Positions 9,301-18,300 of a stretch of 64,000 nucleotides of DNA are shown piece by piece. The position numbers and the translations under genes were made by a program. Below the pieces are notes generated by a model. The model did no database searches. It was not told the DNA's origin and saw only the letters and a program-made list of their open reading frames with translations. Source of the stretch: an uncultured virus (IMG/VR IMGVR_UViG_3300034106_003048) (taxonomy: Duplodnaviria; Heunggongvirae; Uroviricota; Caudoviricetes); the IMG/VR virus record IMGVR_UViG_3300034106_003048, one strand, 5' to 3'. Within the stretch, counting starts at the first letter, position 1. The number at the start of each line of letters is the position of its first letter.

Positions 9301-12300
9301 ATAGAGTTAAGACCTTGTGTAGGAACACGAGCTCCAACCAAAGTTACTTTCTTTCCATGCTCTTTAAAGAATTCTTCATCACGAAGCAGAGAATTAAGTT
9401 TAGCTATAGTTCCAATTCTTTCTCCTTTCCAAACAATATTCAACAAAGGTTTATATCTTTCAGAGAAAGCAATCTTTACATCGCAATACTGATAGTCTTT
9501 TGAGTAGAACCTCATATCGTTTGTGCCGTAAACTCTTTTTTGCAAAGCAGTTGCTTTAGTAAAAGGAGTGTTACCTAAGTTAGCACCTTGGATATAGTTA
9601 GTTCCAGAAAGCTTTTGTTTAATAATACGATTATAAACTATATTATCAAGAATACTGCTTATAGAACGTCTTTCAGTAGAGCCGTTATAGTCAAATACAA
9701 ACTCTTTGTTTTTAGTTACTAAGAAAGTAAATACTCCACTACTTACGTCTTTTGATTTTAACTCTCTTTCTAAAAACTTAGAAAGGGCAACACTAGATAC
9801 ATCAGAGAAATCATCCTTCTTAGCACCTAGTTGTTTTTTAAGTTTTTCTTTCTCTACAGAAATAAGTTCTTCAAGTACTTTTCTAAAGCGATTATATTGA
9901 CGATAAGTTACTTTGTCAAATTTTCCCTTTTCCGCTTCATCTAAGAAAAGAAGTCCTCGCATCTGAGTAGGGAATATAATTTCCTGTATACCTGTGTGAG
10001 GAGAGATTTTAACCTGTTCTTTAAAGAAGTCTGCGTAAACTTCATTTACTTTTAAAGGCTGTTGGTTTACATTTCCTTTTTCGTCATAAAAATCTTGGTA
10101 ATCAGAACCATCCATTAAAGCAGAGTCTTTAACACCACTTGCCATAACAAGATAGTCCACATTACTTTGGTACATATTCTCTACCATCTTAAAGAGATCA
10201 CTCTCTTCTATGATGATTTCTCCTTTACTGTTTACTGTAGGAACCAAAGTAAGTGAAGGAGTAGCAGGATAGATTGAGAACTTTTCAAAATGTGTTACAG
10301 GAAACTTGTCTGCAATAGGACCTGCATACTGAGGTTTCTGAGGTTCAAACACATAGTTTTGTTCTTCTATAAGATTATTAATTTGTCTTGCTATTCTTTG
10401 AGCAGCTGCAGGATTACTTAAAGAAGCTTTGTACTCTTTGTAAAGATTATAGATTTCAACTTCTTTTTCGTATATGGCTTCTTGTTCTGGCAACCATTCT
10501 CCAATTGTAAGCTTTGAAAATCTGTAAAAGTCTAAAGTAGCTATACCTTGACCATCAGCTCTTTCAGCTCCTTTACCAGTAGTGCCGTAACCTTCTAAGA
10601 ATTTTTTAGCTTCCTCTATATCAATTCCTAGTTCTTTAGAAACTAATTCAACATATTCATCTTTGTTAGGACTGTCAACTAAAGTGTCTTTTGTTATAGC
10701 AACTCTTATTTTATCGGTATATGGCGATGAAGTTCCAGTTGCTGCTTTTTGAAGTTTTCTTTCATAAGCAGCACTTGAGTTTAAAGTGTCTAAAATATCA
10801 GGACTAGTAATCATGTATGTACCAGTAGCTGAGTATTTGCTTAGACGTTTAAATACATCGTCTGTGTTTTTAAAGAATGCAGGGTCCCTATAAAAGAATT
10901 TAAACTGCTCAATTCTATGAAGAGTATCATAATAAGTATAAGCAAGTAAAAGCTGTGCAGTTGTAAATTGAGAAAACTTACCAGCATTAGGCAAAAGAGT
11001 TCTTAAGAATTTCTCTTCTTCTAGTGGGTTGAAAGAAAGTTTTTCAACAATGTAATTTTTTAAATCCTCAGCCTCCTGTTTAATGTAATCTGCAAACTGG
11101 AAGTTTACTTCATAATCATACAAAACATCAGTTATGTAATCTATTTTTTCTTGAATGGTAGAAAGCTTGTCTATAGCATTATGTAGGTTGTCTCCTTCAA
11201 GAACATCTGAAGTTTCTTTATCTACTATGTCAGCTAAGAATCTAAGTTTGTCTCCATTCTTATCGTAGTTTTTATATTTGTTTTTCTCTTTGTTAAGTTT
11301 TCTAGCTTTGTTTATTGCAAGAACTTCTGCTACTGCATGGTTCATAAAACCATCTAGGTTATCTTCCCAAGAGTCCCCAGTAAACGGAGTTATAGCATCA
11401 ATGTTTGTTGCAAAGCCGGTTGAAGTTACAGGTTGTTTGTAAACATCATTAAGAGGCTTCTCAATATAAACTGCGTAAGCACTTCCTTTATCACCAAAAC
11501 GAATATTCTCTTGAACACCTTTAGTTAAGAATCCTTGTATGTCAGTAAGGAGTTTATCTACGGAAGTAAGATTGGTGGTCTTTTTACCAGTAAGTCTTTT
11601 ATTTTGTTCGTATTCTGTTCCACCAAAGTGAACTACTTTAAGCAAAGCTTCAGGAGTTCCTTGAGCATTCAAAATACGATTTCCATTTATGTCATAAAGT
11701 TGAGACATCCAGTTACTACCATAAGAGAAAGGATCTATTGTAGAATCTAAATAACCTAACTGAGGTTTCATTTTTAACAAATCACCAAAGGTAGGATAGT
11801 ACTCTTCGTGGGTTTGGCTAACAGGAAGGTCTGTTATGTCTTTACCAACATATTGAGCTTTTAGACGTAGCATTGGTTGATTAATCCAACTTGCTACTTT
11901 GCTCATAAAGTGGAATTGGTTTTTCTTGTATATATAGTTTCCCTCTGGGTTGCTAGCTTCGTCAGTAAAATAATCATCTTGATTTTTAAGATAAGTACTA
12001 ACTAACTTACTAACACTTTTTGATACCATAAACTTTACCTGGTTTATAGGATCGTTTATAGCAACAGTAGGATTGGCTTGTCCGTAAGAAACAATAGCTT
12101 TAGCGTATTCTTTAACAGCTTGTATAAACTCTCTTTTTTCTTCAGTAGAAACAAGTTGTTCTGTTACACTTTGGTCTATGTAAATACCTACGTTTTCTGC
12201 AAGTTCTAAAGCAAGTTCAAGTCCAACTAAAAGAGTTTTTGCGTCTCTGTCAATTTGTTTTAAAGCTTCTTTTACTTTATTAATATCAATTTCTCCGGTT

Positions 12301-15300
12301 TCTTGTCCGTTACCCTTTTTAGTAAATTCAGTTCCTTCAGTTTTAAACCTCATACCCCAGTCTTTTAAGACTCTAGTAGAAGCACGAGATTCTGCAACGA
12401 TTACATTAGCAACTAATTTAGTTTCGCCTTTTGGATTGCTTTTTGTAGGAGGAACACTTTCACTATTAAGTCTAACTTTGAGCATATCAACAATAGGCTC
12501 AGAGAAGGTGTTAATAAAAGCTGTCTTTAAAGTAAGTTCTCCTTTAGTTACACCTTGTTGGTTATACTTAGGAAGAGACTCTAACAAGAAATTAAACTCA
12601 GGATTTTCTTTGGCTAGCTCTTCTATCTTATATAACATGTGAGCATAGTCAGTAACATTAGCCAAAAGTGAGCTAAGTATTTTCCAGTTTTTAGTAAAGT
12701 TATCCAAAACAGGAAGTCCCAACAAAGGAGTTCTTTCAAACCTATTGTTTTTGTGTTTTCTTATAGAAGCTACTAAAGCAATTACTTCGGGCTTACTTCT
12801 GCTTATAGAAGAAAACTCTTCAATGCTTTTGTTGAAAGCAAAGTCTTTTTGTGCTTCATCGCTGTTTTGAGAGTCTTCTAGGTACTCGTCATAAACAGAT
12901 ACTGCTCTGTTAGTAAGAACAGTAGAAAGCGTTGCATGAGCTTTAACAACTTTATTCCAGTCATTTAAGATAGCCTCATAACGTTCTATCATAGGAGCAC
13001 GATCGCTCTTGTTTTGTTTTTTAAGATCGTCTAGGTTTTTCTGAAGAGTTTCTTTTAAAACAACATAAATGTTTCCTATGAACTTCTTGTTCTTTTTATT
13101 TGCTAAAACAGTTCCAAGGGAAATACGCTTGTTTGTTCTTTCAGAAATATTATCTAAAACTTGACTAATAATAGTTGCATCTAAGTTAGATATAAGTTCG
13201 TTTAAGTCTCTGTCAGAAAAAATAACTTCTTTGCCTAAAGGTGTTTTTAAATTCAAAGAGTTTGCTCTACCAGAGAACAATTCTTTAAACATAAAATTGT
13301 TTTCGCTTGGAGCATACTGATTTATATTGCCAGTATACAAAGCTTCAAACATTTTGTTTATCTCAAACTGAGGATTATTAAATATCCTTTGAATAAATTT
13401 ATAGATCTTATCGTAAATTTTCTCTATTGCGTTTTTAGGCTTAGCCTCAGACCTTTTGATTGCGTAGTCTTGATATCCTTCAGCTAAGTACTCTTCTGCT
13501 TCTTTAAATGATACATTACCTATCTTTTTCTGAACATTCTTATAGAGTTCAATCTTTTCTGCTCTAGTCAAAAAGTATTGGCTAAATACGTGCCATGATT
13601 CGTGATAAAGATCTATATCGCTACTTCCTTCATAAAGAGTAATTAATCCTTTTGTAAAGGCAGCATAAGCTTGGCTGTTTACTACATTGAAGAGTCTTCT
13701 TACATCTACAAGTTTACCTATTTCAGAAGATTCAAACCACTCTAAAGCTTTTTTAGCAAGTTCCTCACTTTGTCTGCGTGGAAGATTTCTAGATCTAAAT
13801 AAACCATCCATGCTATCAAGATCAAAATCTTCTGGAGTTTGAGGTTCTTCAGGAAAATTAAACTCTTGTTCTTCTAGTGTAGTTGGTTCTTTAACAGTCT
13901 CTTTAGCAGCTTCCTCTTCTTTTTCTAAAGTTTCAACAACTTCAGATATAGGATTTAAATCTAAAGGAACAAATTCTTCATCTGGAACAAGAGCTTCATC
14001 TGGAACAGCTGGTCCTTCTACATCAGAAAAAGTAAGTTCTACAAAAGGTTCTTCTTGATCAACAAGAGTACTAGTTGTTTCTTCTTCAAATTCTGTTTCT
14101 AGAACAGGTTGTCCAAAATAAAACTTGCGATTAAATCTTGTTTGTAAAGGAACAAAGAAACTAACTTGGCTATTAACAAAGTCTTTGTAGTTAACTTGTC
14201 CTCCAGCAACCAACTTATTATTAGCAGTGTCTAAAGTATAAGTAGTAAAAGGGCTATACTTATTGTAGTTAGTGTGGTTAAAGTTTAAGTAACTATCTTT
14301 AAGTGTGTTTACAATGTCTTGTCCGTATATAACTTTTCCGTCTAGACTAGCAACAACTCTTCCTTCAACAATTTGAAAAGAAATACGTCCAGATTGACTT
14401 CTTGGATTAGTATAAACTAAATTGTTTATGTATTGAAGTTTTTTCTCAGCAGTATTAAGTTCTTTAGGTAGCTCGTTGTTTGGAGTCTCTGCAATAAATC
14501 TTATAACCTCTGCTTGTTCCTCAGTTAGTTTTGGAAAAACTACTCTTGTAAGTTCATCTTGGTAGTATCCTACAATATAACCTTTGGGTAGACTTGATTC
14601 AGACTCTTCTACATCAGTTCCAACAACAAGTAATTTTTCGCCATCAGTAGGAACTAATTTATATTTCTTACCATCTACCTCTTTAATTGCGCCACGAGAT
14701 AGCTCAACATCAGGAACAACAAACACTAAAGAAGGATCATTCTTAAGTTGGGTCCTAACATCATCCATATAAATAATTGCTTTTTGGATAATAGGATTTA
14801 AGAAATCAACTTTAATAGCTAAATAGTCTTCAAGTATTGCTTTGCCTTTTATTCTTCCTCCGGCTTTAGGTAAATTTCTGTGGATGGGAATACCTCTTGA
14901 GTTAAGTCCTTGTGGAGTATATCTTAGTATGTTTCCTTTCTTATCAGTAATAAAGAAAGCAGGAGCTTTTAAATCTTCATTAAATTGTTTTAGTCCATTT
15001 TCTGCCCACCAAGCAAGAGTCTTTGTGTAGAAAATAGGTTTGTTATATTCAGTAAAAATTTGAGAAAGCTCTGTAAATTTCTCATCAATAGATTTAGCTG
15101 AGTCAAGTACCGAACTAATCTTAGCAATAATGTCTGGACCCATCAACTTCTCAAGATAACCTTGCATAGAGGTTATTCTTGCAGAAGGAAAATCTGTTAT
15201 ATTTTTTAGAATTGCATTAACTGCTTGACTGTAGTCGTCCTCAACTTCTTCGTCTTCTTTATCAAACTCATCAGATGAAGTTATAAAGCCAGACTGAGGA

Positions 15301-18300
15301 AACAATATACGATTGTCTTTTTCTTCCCACTCTCCAAGAACAGTATCTTCATCGGTTTCAACTAATACTTGATCTATGTTAGGATCTTGGCTAATAACTT
15401 GGTCTTTTAATTTTCTAGCAGATTTTAAAGTAGCAACAGGAATTTGAATTAAATTTGCATCCCTGTCAAAACCTTCTATATAATCTGGACCAAGCATATT
15501 AAAGTCACCGGCTTCTACTTTAGTTCCATCAGTTAAACTAATTAGGTAGAATGCTTCTGGATTAGCATTAATAAGTTTGTCTCTTGTTGCAACTTGTTGT
15601 TTGGAAACAGTTCCAACTTTTTTGCTTCCTTTCTTTCTTTTTTTACCTTTTGTAGGAGTTTCTTCAGGTCCTTCTACAGGAACAAATTCTTCTTCGGGTG
15701 CAAAAGTTTCAGGAACTATAACTTCTTCGGGAGTAACGTCGAGGGTTTCTTTAGCATCAGGTCGTTCAATATATTCTAGAAGTTCAAATAAATAATTTAA
15801 TTGCACTTCTGCATTCTGAGTTGCTTTAACTAAAGACTCAAGTTCTTTTTCTTTATTATTAAGTTGTTCTTCAGTTGAGGTAGCAAAGTCAATAGAGTCT
15901 GAAAGTTTTTGAACTTGTTCTTTAGTAGGATATTGTCCCTCTTCTAAGATTCCTTTTTGTGTAGAAAGAATCTCTGCAATGTTAGAAATTGCTTGTTTAA
16001 GTTTTTCTATTACACGTTTTGCTTTATCAACAAGTTTATTTAAGCCTTTAATTTTATTGTCTAAGTAGTAAATCTTTTCCCAAATATCAGGAATAGTAGC
16101 TTGTCCAGATGCTACAAGAGATTTATAATAATTAGATTTGTTTTGAAGATTTCTTTTAAGCTCACTTATTCTTTTTAAATTATTCTCTACTTCTCTAATG
16201 CTGTCTATAATAGATTGTAGTTTAGTAAAATGAGATCTGACCTCTTGTTCTAGTTGAGATCTTCTGTTAGCTATATTTTCAGAACGTTTGCTTCCTTTAG
16301 GTGCAGTAATCTTGCTAAACTCTTTCAGTTCTTTTTCTGCAGCCTGTACAGACTCGCGCATTATTGCTTTTTCTTCTTCTAACAGAGTGTCAAGAAAAGC
16401 AAGTCTTTCTTTTTCTACATCCATCTCAGCAGTAAGAGCTTTTATCTCTTCTTCAATAGCTGCTATCTTCTCACCAGTACTAGCAAATTGTTTATCACTA
16501 GCAATAACAACTCCAGTAGCAGAAGTCTTAGTTTCTTCTTGTTCTTCTTGTTGTTCTTCTTGTTTTTCTTCTTCTACTGTTGGAGCAGCTTCTCCTTCTT
16601 TAGAAGGTTCTGCTTTAAGTCCTGAAAGCCTGGTTTTAAGTTCTTGTATAAAATCAGCAGGAACACCTTTACCCATAACTCTATAAAGAGATCTGCTAAT
16701 AGTTCCCTTGTTGAAATCTTCTTTAAACTTTTGTAAACTTTCAGCTGCAGTTTCTGGAGAGACCTTCTTAAAAAAGTCTTCCATCCTATTGAATAAATCA
16801 TCTAGGCTAGTAAAGTTGTCTCTAATAATACCTAAAGATGTATTTACAAACTTTGCTTTTATTTCGCTTCTTGCTGCAGCTTGCTCTTCAGCATCTCCTT
16901 CTATTTGAGAAAGTTCTTCTTGATATGCAGTAAAAGCTTCTTCTATCATAGAAGGCACTTGTTCAGGAGAAACTGTTTCTGCAGTCTCTGCTGGAGGAAA
17001 TGGCTGATTTGCATCAGTCATTGCTTTAAGTTCAGCTACTCTTTCAAAAAATTGTTCTTTTAAATCTGTAAGTTTATCTTCTCTTTCTTGTCCTTCTAAC
17101 CCTTTTACAAATTTAGAAAATAAAGTATCTTGTATATAACCTTCTCTAATTTGATGTAGTAAAGGACGACCATTACTCACTAGTGGTCTTTTGTTTTTAT
17201 CTACAGTTACATAGTTTCTAGCAAGAGCTTCAATAAACTGATTTTCATCTTCAATAGCAAAAATTGGACCGGCTGTACTTAAGAGTGATACTCCTAGTAT
17301 ACCTTTCATTGTTGCTACTTGAGTTTCATTATATAATTTTGCATTTTGTGAAAGCAATCCAATTTTATAATCTAATTGCTCAAAAGTTAATCCTTGATTA
17401 TTGTTAACTATAAATTTAAAGAAATTATCAGCAGTAGCTTCTCTTGCTTTCTCTAATGAAGTTATATGTGCAGTTAAAGGAAAAGCAAAAACTTTAGGAT
17501 TTTGTTTTTGGTCTTTTTTATAGTGTTCAATTAAATGATCGAGCAGTGCAGGAGAAAGATCTTCGGATTCAAGAATGTCTTTTCTTTTTCTTTCATAGTT
17601 ATCTGCAACAATTTTATTCTTTTCTTCAGTTGTTAAATTTTCATATAAACCAGCAGCTTGTTCTGTTTTATAGAGTTGACGATCTACCTCTTCTAGTTGT
17701 TTTGTATATTCTTCTTTTTCTTCTTCGGTAGGAACATAGTTAAGTAGTTTTTGTTTCTCAAGAATATTTGAAAAATAAACAGCCTGTGCATCTTTATCCT
17801 GTAAGAGAGTTTTCATATCCCTTACAGAGTTTATGTTTATAGGTAAGGTTTTTAATTCTGCTTCATACTTTCTTATTTGTCCTACTTTTTGAAGGTATTC
17901 TTCTTGCGTTATTTTGTTAGCATCAAGTTGGTTTGTCAAATAACTAATGTAGTGGTCTGGATTGTTGGCTATTTTCCAACGATAGATTGCTTTGTTAAAG
18001 TTATCAGCACGTTTAGTGCCTCCCCCCATAGCAAACGCAGTTAAAGCCATACCAGCTATAGCCTCAACTCCAGTATCAATTATGTTATCTACTGTTAAAT
18101 CGTTTTGTGTAACATACTCAGGGTTTAATCCTACAGCATATTGGTCAACAAAATGATTTCCCACTAAAGCTAGTTCTTCTTCTACTATTGCTTCTTGTGC
18201 TATATCTTTAGTAATGCCTACAGCCCTTTTAGCAATTCTACTGTCAAGAATTCTTCTAACTGCTTTATTAGTCATACCTGGAAATAATCCCCTAACTGTA

